Below, piece after piece: positions 37,946 through 47,437 of a DNA stretch of 64,000 nt. Numbering within the stretch: the stretch's first letter is position 1; each line of letters starts with the position of its first letter. The notes beneath the pieces are model-generated. The model made no database searches. It had not been told where the DNA came from and saw only the letters and a program-made list of their open reading frames with translations. This stretch comes from Candidatus Bathyarchaeia archaeon (GTDB taxonomy: Archaea; Thermoproteota; Bathyarchaeia; 40CM-2-53-6), in NCBI GenBank assembly GCA_049513715.1, contig JBEKVV010000003.1, positions 320,001-384,000 on the forward strand. Direction: 5' to 3'. A program made the translations under genes and the position numbers.

Positions 37946-40687
37946 TTACATCAGCTCTTCGTATTCGGTTCGTGCGATGATCTCGTCCTGAATGGGTTTA
38001 GGAAGCTCTACCCAGTAATGGGTGAACCCGGCTACTCTGACGAGGAGGTCTCTGTAGTTTTCAGGATGAGCCTGGGCCTCCCTGAGCATCCTGGTGTCGA
38101 CCACATTGAACTGAATATGAAAGCCTCCCTTCCTCATGTATCCTCTAATCAGTTCGAGGAGTTTTCTTGCTCCTTCCCTTCCTCGAATTGCTGATGGATG
38201 TACCTTGAGATTCATCTGTGTGCACTGAGATTCAGAATGGTCGAAGCATGTGGCAGAGTTGAACAGGGCGTAGGGTCCATTGAGATCTGTACCGGGATAA
38301 GCGGATAAGGAAGCGTCAGCGTATGTGGTGCCGTGCAATCGTCCGTCAGGTGTGGCAATCGCTGCGGCTCCCATCGGACCATGAGTTGACACGGAAAGTT
38401 GAAGCGCATACAGTGGTTTGCCGTACAGGGATTTGTACTCGTGCGGGACCGAGCAGTAGAATTGCTCGAACGTCTTCAGGATTTCATCTGCGAAGGCATC
38501 ATCGTTTCCATATTTTGGTGCATTCAAACACCGGTAATGGGTCTCATTCCATTCTTGTGAAATTCTCTCTTGTTCCAGAAGTGAGTACGAGCCTACTTCT
38601 TCCGCGGTCTTGTACCCGAAATTACTGCGCAGTGCTTCTTTCAAATGATCGAGTGTCATCGATTTGTCTGTGTAAACGTTCTTTTTCAGCGAAGCCAGCG
38701 AGTTAACCAAGTTCATTCCGCCACAGATGTTGACGCTGAAGGTTCTGTTGTACCTGGACCCCAGCATCCCGATATGCATGCCTTTGTCGAGGCAATCGGG
38801 TTTCAATATTGAGTTGACTAATGGTGGGGTTAGTTTTCTCCAGATATCATGCTGGACATTGTTGCAGCGTATGAGGACGTCCATGATTCTTCTGAAATAG
38901 GCCTTGTATGCATCCCAGACTTCCTCGTAAGTCTCCAACTTGTAGCCGTGTGGCGGCAACACACGTCTACCTGTCCTCTGGTCAACTCCATCAAAGAGCA
39001 CTAGCTCAAGGATCTTTGGAAGGTTTAGGAAGTGGACTCCCACATCGGTTGCCGGTGCTGCCCCGCCTCTGGGAATAGTGTACTTCTTCCCGTTCAGTTC
39101 TAAGTCGACCCAAGTGCAGGCAGATGTCTGCAGGCAACCGCCTATAGCGACAGCCCTCGCTTCCTCCAGAGTCATTCCTTCTGGTCCGAAGTTCTTAAGG
39201 AGGAATTCTGTGGCAATTCGGTTGTTGACCCACGCAGGATAACCTGTCCCCGTCTTATTGCACTCAATGGCTTTCATGAGGAACTCTTCAGGCAATACCT
39301 CATCGTAGAGCAAGGTGAAGGTAGGTTGCGGGGTTTCGCAGGTGATACCAGATTCTATCATTAGCATTTCAAGTTCGTTTGCGGCGCTTTGACCGTCTTT
39401 TGTTAAGCCTCCCAAACTGACGTTGTTGAAGGTGCTTCCTGACTGTATTCCCTCAATGACGGATTTGGGTCCGAACAGGTCGATTTCGGTGAATTTCATT
39501 CTCATGCATTCTAGAAGCTCCATGGTTCGGTCTTGATCAATTCTCCCCGCGTCGACATCTTCCTTCCACCAAGGGTAGAGGACCTGCCCCAGCCTGCCCG
39601 GCGCTAAGCCAGAAAAATTGTCTTCGTTCAATACAGCGATGTGGAAAGTCCAGCACAACTGCAATGCCTCACGGAACGTCCGGGGCGGCTTTGATGATAC
39701 CCATTTCAGGATATCACGAATCTCTTCGTACTCTCTTCTCTGCTCCGGGTCCTTCTCTGTCCTCGCTAGTCTCTGCGCCTCGTCTGCAAAGTTGAGGATC
39801 CATTTCTTGATACCTTCGAGGATGATTGTTGCGGCTTTGTAGAAGTATAGGCGGTCCATTCCGTTTATTCCGTCATTCCCCGGATCGCCGCCGACTTCTG
39901 CCATCTTCTTCCTGCAAATCTCGATGATGCCGTCGATTCCGAATTGCAGGGGGTAGTAGTAGCTGATCACTTCCCTTCCTTGTGGTAATGTGTATCCTGA
40001 ATCGTACATGCAGACTAAGCTGCGCATTATCGCTTCTTTTTCGTCGTACCCCTGAACCAGCTGCTCATACTGATGCGAAACATCTTCGACGGACTTGTCA
40101 TCCCACATCGTGCTGATTTCTTTGAGGATTGGGAATTCCTCTTTTCTTAAACCGAATTTTCCTGCAATCGGAATTACGTTTCCAGTTGCGATGGTTACGT
40201 TGCCCCCGCCCTTCGCCACCTTTACTACTTCTTCAGCCGCCAGACCTCTCTTCTTAGCTTCCTCGTACCTCTTCTCAGTCTCGATAAGATAGGTTTGCGA
40301 CAGCCATGGCATGGGGAAGGACCCTCTCAAGTAAACAGTCCTCTCCATCACGAGCAGCTCTCCCTGGAAGATGCTTGGCGTTAGGTGGGAGTATGCGTAA
40401 CTGAGAGCCTTTGCCCTCCTGACTAGTGGAATCTCACCTTCAAGTTCATTCCATCTCCTCGTATACCAGTAAGGGAACTCAACGCTCGCTGAAGACTTTG
40501 TCTGGAGATAGCGGTCTCTGATGTTTCTGGCACGAAGGGTCGGTTGCTTCTTGGTTTCGCGCGACCCGATTTGCTCGGAAGCCTGTTTTCCGTATTGAAA
40601 GGATAGTTTGAGGCCTCTGCTCACTTTACTCTCCGCAAGTCTTTCATGCGTTTCCTTTTGCTTTGTTTCCTCTAACATTCCAATCAC
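37946..40687 (-). CDS. hpdB: Glycyl radical enzyme, 4-hydroxyphenylacetate decarboxylase large-subunit-like (variant active site)
   Basis: EFPYWYTR, PQGREV, SG..PGR, TFNN, GGCLQ (Cys loop), GVHF and RVAGF (Gly loop) motifs; 913 aa. Confidence 0.85.
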   Translation of the reverse strand: MIGMLEETKQKETHERLAESKVSRGLKLSFQYGKQASEQIGSRETKKQPTLRARNIRDRYLQTKSSASVEFPYWYTRRWNELEGEIPLVRRAKALSYAYSHLTPSIFQGELLVMERTVYLRGSFPMPWLSQTYLIETEKRYEEAKKRGLAAEEVVKVAKGGGNVTIATGNVIPIAGKFGLRKEEFPILKEISTMWDDKSVEDVSHQYEQLVQGYDEKEAIMRSLVCMYDSGYTLPQGREVISYYYPLQFGIDGIIEICRKKMAEVGGDPGNDGINGMDRLYFYKAATIILEGIKKWILNFADEAQRLARTEKDPEQRREYEEIRDILKWVSSKPPRTFREALQLCWTFHIAVLNEDNFSGLAPGRLGQVLYPWWKEDVDAGRIDQDRTMELLECMRMKFTEIDLFGPKSVIEGIQSGSTFNNVSLGGLTKDGQSAANELEMLMIESGITCETPQPTFTLLYDEVLPEEFLMKAIECNKTGTGYPAWVNNRIATEFLLKNFGPEGMTLEEARAVAIGGCLQTSACTWVDLELNGKKYTIPRGGAAPATDVGVHFLNLPKILELVLFDGVDQRTGRRVLPPHGYKLETYEEVWDAYKAYFRRIMDVLIRCNNVQHDIWRKLTPPLVNSILKPDCLDKGMHIGMLGSRYNRTFSVNICGGMNLVNSLASLKKNVYTDKSMTLDHLKEALRSNFGYKTAEEVGSYSLLEQERISQEWNETHYRCLNAPKYGNDDAFADEILKTFEQFYCSVPHEYKSLYGKPLYALQLSVSTHGPMGAAAIATPDGRLHGTTYADASLSAYPGTDLNGPYALFNSATCFDHSESQCTQMNLKVHPSAIRGREGARKLLELIRGYMRKGGFHIQFNVVDTRMLREAQAHPENYRDLLVRVAGFTHYWVELPKPIQDEIIARTEYEELM

Positions 40688-40695
40688 GTTCTAAT

Positions 40696-42993
40696 TCAGC
40701 AATATTCGGTCTTTCCTTCATTTAGGGCGGCCAGCACTTTGGCCGGTGATATTGGCAAGGACCTGAATCTGATGCCTATTGCGTCTTTTATCGCATTAGC
40801 TATGACTGGTGCCACCGGGTGCAATGATGCCTCGCTTATGCTCTTTCCTCCCACTCCAGATGGCTCGTTGGTTTCAACCAGTATTACTTGGGCTTCTGGC
40901 ATGTCTGAGACTGTAGGAATCTTGTAGTCCGTTAGGTTTGAATTGAGAACCCGTCCTCGTTCATCGAACTTCACTTCTTCCATCAAGGTCTGGCCGATTC
41001 CCTGCCCAATCGCGCCATACACCTGTCCTTTCGCTCCAGCCGGGTAGATTGCCTTCCCCAGATCTTGGGCCGCGACGTATCGGGTTACGAACACTTGGCC
41101 GGTGAGCATGTCTACATCTACTTCTGCGAAATGTGCTCCGAATGGTGGTGGATTGTCGGGCGGTTCAGCTGCCAGCGAGACGACCAAGCTCTTGTTTAGA
41201 TGGAATCTGGCAAACAGTCCAAGCTCTGAAAGAGGAAGGTGAACAGTGGGATCTTGTGTCGAGACCAGATGTTTGCCTTGAATCTTCAACGACTCGGGGT
41301 TCTTGTTCAGCATCTCTCCAGCTGCCTTAAGGACCTGTTCTCTCAGTTGTTCGCAGGCTGACTTTATGATACTACCAACAACATACGTCCCTCGACTGGC
41401 ATGGATCGCGCCTTCGAAAAGGGTTGTATCTGTATTGCCAGTCTCAAGGTCGATCATGTCGGCGTCGGTTCCGAGTGTTTCTTGCGCAATATTGCGATAT
41501 ACAGTGTGTTGGCCGCATCCCATGTCTATCGCGGCAGTTAGCACGATGAACTTTCCATCCTCATTGAACTTCACGGTCACGCCAGAATGCTCAATTATCT
41601 TTTCCACCGTTGACTTGGTTCCAGTTCCCGATCCTCTTATGGTCTGAAAAGCGACGCCCCTACCTCTTCTCCTGTTTGGATCAAGTGGCTGCTGAATCGG
41701 TTTACCCCATCCGAATGCTTCGCCTGCTCTTCTCGCCGATTCTTCCAGCCCACAAGAGTTAATCGTGTAGCCACTTCGGGGGTTCACGTCGCCAAGTTTG
41801 AATGAATTCTTGAGCCTGAATTCGATTTGGTCAAAACCCATTTTGTCTGCGATATCGGTCATCTGGCTTTCTATAGCGAAGGCACATTGTGCGCCACCGT
41901 ATCCTCTCATCGCTCCCGGAGAGTACGTGTTGGTGTAAGTTGCATAGGCTTCGAAAAGGCGGTGGGGAGCATTGTAAGCCGCATCAAAGTACATACCTCC
42001 AACGATTGCAACGCTTGGCCCATGCGTCGCGTAGGCTCCTGTGTTGGCAACACATTTGCAGTAACGAGCAGTGATCGTTCCATCCTTCTTGACTCCTGTC
42101 TTAATCGTCAGGCGCATGTCATGCCGCGAGGTCGTGACGAAGACCTCAGATCTGTTAAGCCCAAGCCTCACAGGCTTCCGAGCCTTCCCCGCGAGAAGGG
42201 CGCAAATCGGTTCAACATCGCTCATCTGCAGTTTTGATCCGAAAGAACCTCCCAGGTATGTGTTGTGGACCCTTATCGTAGAGACCGGGAGAGCTAGAGC
42301 TTCAGACAGGCGTTCCCTCAGAAGGAATATACTCTGGGTTGATGACCAAATGTTCAGCTTCCCTTTCTCATCCCAGTGAGCGATCGCACAATGGGCCTCA
42401 AGCGGAACTTGGTTCTGCCTCTGCGTTCTGTATTCGTCCTCAAAAATCTCATCAGCGAGTCGAAAACCTTCGTCGATGTTACCATAGCGTATGCTCATGG
42501 GGTTGCCGCCCTTGGCATCCCATGCCTCGGCGACATTCGACTTCAACTCAGTCCTTACTTTTGGTGCGCCTGGTTTGAGTGCTTCAACTGGGTCTGTAAC
42601 ATACGGTAAGTTCTGATAATCGACATGGATTCTCTCTGTTGCCTCCTCAGCCAATTCCTGAGAAGTCGCTGCTACCGCCGCAATTGGTTCGCCGACGTAG
42701 CATACCTCCTTCCTCATAATCGATTTATCTTTGGGCAGAAGGCCGGCTTCGGGGTACGGGGCGTTGAAAATCGGGTTGTACCTCGTATCGGGCACGTCGG
42801 CAAATGTAACGATGGCCTTGACGCCTTCCAACTTCAAGGCCTCTGACGTGTCAATTGATTTTAGTATGGCATGGGGTTTGGTGCTTCTCAGAATCGCACC
42901 GTATAGCATCCCTGGAAGCTGCATGTCCGAGGTAAACTTCAGCTTTCCAGTTACCTTCTGAACAGCCTCAACTCTCGACAAAGGAACACCAAT
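40696..42993 (-). CDS. Xanthine dehydrogenase/aldehyde oxidase family molybdopterin subunit
   Basis: KVTG, LRSTKPHA, STQ, GGSFGSK, AMRGYG, ASRGT and GKSISE motifs. It lacks the CODH AYxCSFR motif. Start is TTG 42981 or ATT 42993. Confidence 0.92.
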   Translation of the reverse strand: MGVPLSRVEAVQKVTGKLKFTSDMQLPGMLYGAILRSTKPHAILKSIDTSEALKLEGVKAIVTFADVPDTRYNPIFNAPYPEAGLLPKDKSIMRKEVCYVGEPIAAVAATSQELAEEATERIHVDYQNLPYVTDPVEALKPGAPKVRTELKSNVAEAWDAKGGNPMSIRYGNIDEGFRLADEIFEDEYRTQRQNQVPLEAHCAIAHWDEKGKLNIWSSTQSIFLLRERLSEALALPVSTIRVHNTYLGGSFGSKLQMSDVEPICALLAGKARKPVRLGLNRSEVFVTTSRHDMRLTIKTGVKKDGTITARYCKCVANTGAYATHGPSVAIVGGMYFDAAYNAPHRLFEAYATYTNTYSPGAMRGYGGAQCAFAIESQMTDIADKMGFDQIEFRLKNSFKLGDVNPRSGYTINSCGLEESARRAGEAFGWGKPIQQPLDPNRRRGRGVAFQTIRGSGTGTKSTVEKIIEHSGVTVKFNEDGKFIVLTAAIDMGCGQHTVYRNIAQETLGTDADMIDLETGNTDTTLFEGAIHASRGTYVVGSIIKSACEQLREQVLKAAGEMLNKNPESLKIQGKHLVSTQDPTVHLPLSELGLFARFHLNKSLVVSLAAEPPDNPPPFGAHFAEVDVDMLTGQVFVTRYVAAQDLGKAIYPAGAKGQVYGAIGQGIGQTLMEEVKFDERGRVLNSNLTDYKIPTVSDMPEAQVILVETNEPSGVGGKSISEASLHPVAPVIANAIKDAIGIRFRSLPISPAKVLAALNEGKTEYC

Positions 42994-43100
42994 CTAATGA
43001 GCTAATTTCCGGCCCTAGGATATTGGTTTTCTACTAGTTATCTATGTTCTATTTTCTATTTCGTTAAGTATAATGGTCCGAGTAGATAGAAGGACCGTCT

Positions 43101-43979
43101 ATGAGGGCAACAGTACCATTAGTTGACTATTACACTCCAAAGACAGTCGCGGAGACCGTGAGACTTCTCACGAAGCTGGAAAAAGCCAGCATTTTGGCTG
43201 GTGGGACGGATTATGTTCCTGCAACTAGGATGAAGGGATTCAGGCCGAAGAATCTAGTCTCATTGAAAAACCTCGGAAAGCACCTGCGCTATATTTCCTT
43301 CAAGAATGGGGTCATTAAGATTGGGGCCCTCACACGAATGAGGGATATAGAGAAATCGGAAGTAATACGGAAGCATGCGCCCCACCTTTACGAGGCAGCA
43401 GCGCAGGTGGGAGCCATCCCGATTAGGAACAGGGCTACGCTCGGAGGGAACCTATGTAACGCCAGTCCGGCCGCTGATACTGCTCCTCCATTGCTGACGC
43501 TGGACTCTGTCGTTGAGATTGTTGGACCTCGCAAGAAAAGAACCGTTTCCATCGACGACTTCTTTGTGGGCGTTGGAAAAACTGTATTGAAGAAGGGCGA
43601 GATTGTGAGCGGGATCTCGTTTCGACCGTGGAAGGGGGGCTTCGCATTCATGAAGATTGGGCGACGGCAGGGTGAGGATATTGCAGTAGCATCGGCAGCT
43701 GTTTCAATCAAGATGAAGGGCGAGAAGATTTCGGATGTGAAGATAGCTCTGGGAAGTGTTGCTCCAACACCCATTAGAGCACGTAAAGCAGAAGCCGACT
43801 TGTTTGGGAAAGAGCCAACCAAGGAAGCATTGGAATCTGCAGCCAGGAAAGCTGCGGAGGAATCTAGCCCCATAGATGATGTTAGAGCCAGCGCTGACTA
43901 TCGTAGGAAAATGGTAAAAGTACTGGTAACATCGACTCTCTCACAGGCAGTTAAGAAAGCAAAGGGTGATTCATCATGA
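43101..43979 (+). CDS. Xdh/CoxM-type FAD-binding subunit
   Basis: AGGTD, IRNRATLGGNLCNASPAAD and DDVRASADYR motifs. Confidence 0.92.
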   Translation: MRATVPLVDYYTPKTVAETVRLLTKLEKASILAGGTDYVPATRMKGFRPKNLVSLKNLGKHLRYISFKNGVIKIGALTRMRDIEKSEVIRKHAPHLYEAAAQVGAIPIRNRATLGGNLCNASPAADTAPPLLTLDSVVEIVGPRKKRTVSIDDFFVGVGKTVLKKGEIVSGISFRPWKGGFAFMKIGRRQGEDIAVASAAVSIKMKGEKISDVKIALGSVAPTPIRARKAEADLFGKEPTKEALESAARKAAEESSPIDDVRASADYRRKMVKVLVTSTLSQAVKKAKGDSS

Positions 43980-44458
43980 ACATAGATCTCAAAATTAACG
44001 GTGAAACCGTTAGGCTGGACATACCGCCAAACGAAATTCTGCTGGACACACTGAGAACCAGAATTGGTTTGACCGGCACCAAAGATGTGTGCAGGACGGG
44101 AGATTGCGGGGCCTGCACTGTGCTGGTTGATGGTGAAGCCGTACACTCATGCTTGGTATTGACAGTCGAAGTCCATGGATCCAGAATTCTTACGGTGGAG
44201 GGACTTGCCGAGAACGACAAGCTCCACCCATTGCAGCAGGCGTTTATTGAAGAAGACGCCACACACTGCGGGTACTGCACACCAGGAATTTTGATGGCTG
44301 GCGTGGCGTTGCTTAATGAAAACAGCAACCCCAACCGTAGCGACGTTGAGGAGGCATTGAAAGGAAACCTATGCCGGTGCGGGACCTACTATGACGCAGT
44401 AAACGCCATTCTGAAGGCTAGCCAGAAGATTGGAAAGAGCAAATCGAAGACTCACTGA
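43976..44458 (+). CDS. Xdh/CoxS-type 2Fe-2S subunit
   Basis: CRTGDCGACTV, CGYCTPG and NLCRCG motifs. Confidence 0.93.
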   Translation: MNIDLKINGETVRLDIPPNEILLDTLRTRIGLTGTKDVCRTGDCGACTVLVDGEAVHSCLVLTVEVHGSRILTVEGLAENDKLHPLQQAFIEEDATHCGYCTPGILMAGVALLNENSNPNRSDVEEALKGNLCRCGTYYDAVNAILKASQKIGKSKSKTH

Positions 44459-44515
44459 AGATCACCTAACTGCATTACATTCCTTCTTGTAATCCAATTT
44501 ACAGAGTCCCAGCAA

Positions 44516-45976
44516 ATGGCAGATTTGATTCTGAAGAATGGAAAACTCGTCCTACCTTCCGGCGTAATGGAGGGGGGTGTTTCAATCGCGGATGGAGTCA
44601 TAGAGAAAATCGCGAAGGATGCAAATCTCCCAAAGGGTGACAAGGAAATCGATCTGCAGGGCAAATTGGTTCTCCCTGGAGCAGTTGATATCCACACGCA
44701 TCCTGGGGGGAAACATCCACTCGGTGACGACTTCAAAACAGAGACTCCAGGCGCGTTGATGGGAGGCGTCACTACAATGGGCGGAATAGTCCGGGTTCCC
44801 AGAATGGGGCAACCGTTCAAAGAGGACACGGACCCCGCGGAGGTTGTGTCATGGTTTGACGTTTTTGAGTTGGGTAAGAGAACTGCTCAGACGAATTCTT
44901 GCGTCGACTTCTTCTTCATCTTCACTTTGAACTCGATGCAACACGCTGAGGAAATCCCCAAGTACGTTCGAGAGCTGGGTGTTGCAGCTTTCAAGTATCA
45001 TGGAAACCTGAAGAACTTAGCAGACCACCCTATGGGACAAAAGTGGGCAAGGAGAATGGCGTTGCCTGCACCTTACGATGACAGTCTCGCCTTCCGCGCC
45101 ATGGAACAGGTGGGAAAGACAAAGAAGGCGATTCTACTACTGCACTGTGAGAACTCAGAGATATCGAAGCTATTCAGAGAACGCGTGAGGTCGCAGGGAA
45201 GGGCGGATCCTGAAGCATGGACTGAAACTCTACCGGGCTTCTTGGAAGCTGAACACGTCAGGAGATACTCGTACCTTGCCAAAGCGACTGGCGCCCCAAT
45301 TCATGTGGTGCACATAACTTCGCGCGAAGGCCTTGAGGAAACGTTTGAGGCGAAGAGCCAAGGAGTCAAACTAACGGTCGAGACTTGCCCGCAATACTTG
45401 ATGGTAGACCCCGCGAAAGCGGGATACTTGGGCAAACTCAACCCTCCTCTCCGAAAACAGGAAGACCGAGAAGCACTCTGGAAAGGTGTGAAGGATGGGT
45501 GGGTCGATTCGATTGGGACGGACCATGTGGTGAGCAACAAATACGAAAAACTGGTTTGGGGAGACGGCGCACCTCCCGGAGGAGACCCTGCCTCAAACAT
45601 ATGGTTCACCGGTTCTGGAAGCGTAGGCACACAAACGATGCCCATAACGATGTTCTGGGAGGGTTACGGTAAAAGAGGGATGTCCCTCAGCAGATTGGTT
45701 GAACTAATCTCCACAAACCCCGCAAAAATTGTGAGAATATACCCGAAGAAGGGCGTCATTGAGACTGGCTCGGATGCCGACCTGATGATAATCGACCAGC
45801 AGAAAGAAGGTAAGATTACGGCCGAGTGGATCAAATCCTATGGAGATTTCACCCTCTTCGAAGGAATGACAGGGAAAGGATGGCCATACATGACTATCCT
45901 CAGGGGGCAAATCGCAATGCAGGAAGGAGACCTGCAGGTAAACCCAGGGTACGGCCAATTCGTGAGATGCGTATGA
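44516..45976 (+). CDS. Cyclic amidohydrolase (hydantoinase/allantoinase/dihydroorotase family)
   Basis: DIHTH, FK (carbamylated Lys), LHCE, VHIT, ETCPQY, NPPLR and GTDH motifs. Confidence 0.88.
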   Translation: MADLILKNGKLVLPSGVMEGGVSIADGVIEKIAKDANLPKGDKEIDLQGKLVLPGAVDIHTHPGGKHPLGDDFKTETPGALMGGVTTMGGIVRVPRMGQPFKEDTDPAEVVSWFDVFELGKRTAQTNSCVDFFFIFTLNSMQHAEEIPKYVRELGVAAFKYHGNLKNLADHPMGQKWARRMALPAPYDDSLAFRAMEQVGKTKKAILLLHCENSEISKLFRERVRSQGRADPEAWTETLPGFLEAEHVRRYSYLAKATGAPIHVVHITSREGLEETFEAKSQGVKLTVETCPQYLMVDPAKAGYLGKLNPPLRKQEDREALWKGVKDGWVDSIGTDHVVSNKYEKLVWGDGAPPGGDPASNIWFTGSGSVGTQTMPITMFWEGYGKRGMSLSRLVELISTNPAKIVRIYPKKGVIETGSDADLMIIDQQKEGKITAEWIKSYGDFTLFEGMTGKGWPYMTILRGQIAMQEGDLQVNPGYGQFVRCV

Positions 45977-47379
45977 CTACGATAATCAAGAACGCCGTAA
46001 TCTACACTAACGACCCGTCTGTAGGAACAATCTGGGACGGAGCCGTCGTCGTTGACGGCCCCAAAATAGTTGCCGTTGGAAAAACGGAAGAAATCCTGCG
46101 AAAACATCCCACCAAGGATAATGTGATAGACGCAAAATGGAAACTCGTCATCCCAGGACTAATCGACGCACACATGCACCTTGATTCAGCTTACCTGCGG
46201 GGCCTCATTCCGCCAAAATGGATGGGATGGCTAACAACGTACTTTGGTTGGTACTTCGACATAATGACTGAGGAGGACTTCTACTATTCCAGCCTGTTCA
46301 GCATTGGAAAGAGACTCCTGACGGGCACAACCACCATTGTTGACTCAGGCCCTCTTCCTGGCTTCGAAAAAGCAGCCATACGGGCAGTCGAAGCCAGCGG
46401 TGCAAGAGCCAACTTGAACAGAATAACGATGGATGTCTACGATGAGGTCCTAGGAAAAGATGGCTTTTCCGGAAAACACAGAGAGGATACGGAGACGGCA
46501 CTCAAGAATGGTCGCGAGTTCGTCCAGAAATACAAAGACCGCTTGGGCCGGGTCAAGACCGGGCTTTGCATGATGCAGGTCCCAACTTCAAGCGAGGAGT
46601 TAGGAAGAGGGGCACGAAAGATAGTAGATGAGTTTGGAGGTACATTACATACCCACGCGGGTGTGCATGGCGAGCTCCTTGAGAAGACCAAGAAACTTTA
46701 TGGAATGACAGACATAGAGTACCTTGACAAAACGAATCTACTATGTGACAAATTGACGGCCGCGCATATGGGTTGGGTGACAGATGACGAGATAGCCCTT
46801 GTGGCCAAGAAGATGGTGAACGTTGCTCACTGCCCAACCTCCACAACGATCAATGGAAAGGGCATCTTGTCTAAGGGCAATATTGTGAAAATGGATCGAT
46901 CGGGCGTCAACTTGGCACTGGGTACCGATGAATTAGATATCACAGATATCGTGAGGGTCATGTTTGCCGTATTGATTCACAGAGACGTATGGATGGACTC
47001 TACTCTCTTCCCCCTTGATAAGGTGCTAAACATGGCTACGGCTAATGGTGCCAAAGCAGTTGGAATGAGAGACAAACTCGGGAGTATCTCGCCAGGGAAG
47101 CTAGCAGACATGGTCCTCCTCGATCTCAAGAACCCCGATTTGCTGCCAGTCTATGACTATTCTTTGCTACCGAACCTGATAACTTCAGCATCAGGCTCTA
47201 GTGTTGACACAGTTCTTGTGAATGGGGAAGTTGTCGTAGAGAACAGGCGGATAAAGACTTTCGACATGGATAAGGTCTCGACGGAAGTGCAGCGGCGAGC
47301 AAAGAGATACGTAGAATCCGCCGTCGAAAGAGGAATGCATGCAAAAGGAGCCCAGCTCTCACCTCCCTACCCGTTGTAA
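45973..47379 (+). CDS. Amidohydrolase, divergent deaminase-like (no HxxE glutamate)
   Basis: DAHMH, HTHAGV, AAHMG, HCP and LGTD motifs. The ATG at 45973 overlaps the upstream TGA (ATGA); the track start at 45826 is too far upstream. Confidence 0.85.
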   Translation: MTTIIKNAVIYTNDPSVGTIWDGAVVVDGPKIVAVGKTEEILRKHPTKDNVIDAKWKLVIPGLIDAHMHLDSAYLRGLIPPKWMGWLTTYFGWYFDIMTEEDFYYSSLFSIGKRLLTGTTTIVDSGPLPGFEKAAIRAVEASGARANLNRITMDVYDEVLGKDGFSGKHREDTETALKNGREFVQKYKDRLGRVKTGLCMMQVPTSSEELGRGARKIVDEFGGTLHTHAGVHGELLEKTKKLYGMTDIEYLDKTNLLCDKLTAAHMGWVTDDEIALVAKKMVNVAHCPTSTTINGKGILSKGNIVKMDRSGVNLALGTDELDITDIVRVMFAVLIHRDVWMDSTLFPLDKVLNMATANGAKAVGMRDKLGSISPGKLADMVLLDLKNPDLLPVYDYSLLPNLITSASGSSVDTVLVNGEVVVENRRIKTFDMDKVSTEVQRRAKRYVESAVERGMHAKGAQLSPPYPL

Positions 47380-47437
47380 TCACCAAAAACCGAAACTCAA
47401 CGTAGCCCGGCAAGAGACACTATTCGAGTGAAAGCTC

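Noticed and set aside
37946..40687. Pyruvate formate-lyase or benzylsuccinate synthase assignment
   Set aside because: It has a single Cys in the loop, HPAD-specific motifs and an HpdC-like partner.
40696..44458. Aerobic CO dehydrogenase (coxLMS)
   Set aside because: The active-site loop is AMRGYG, not AYxCSFR.
45826..45972. N-terminal extension of the 517-aa track ORF
   Set aside because: It overlaps the upstream gene in another frame. The ATG at 45973 (ATGA coupling) matches the family N-terminus.
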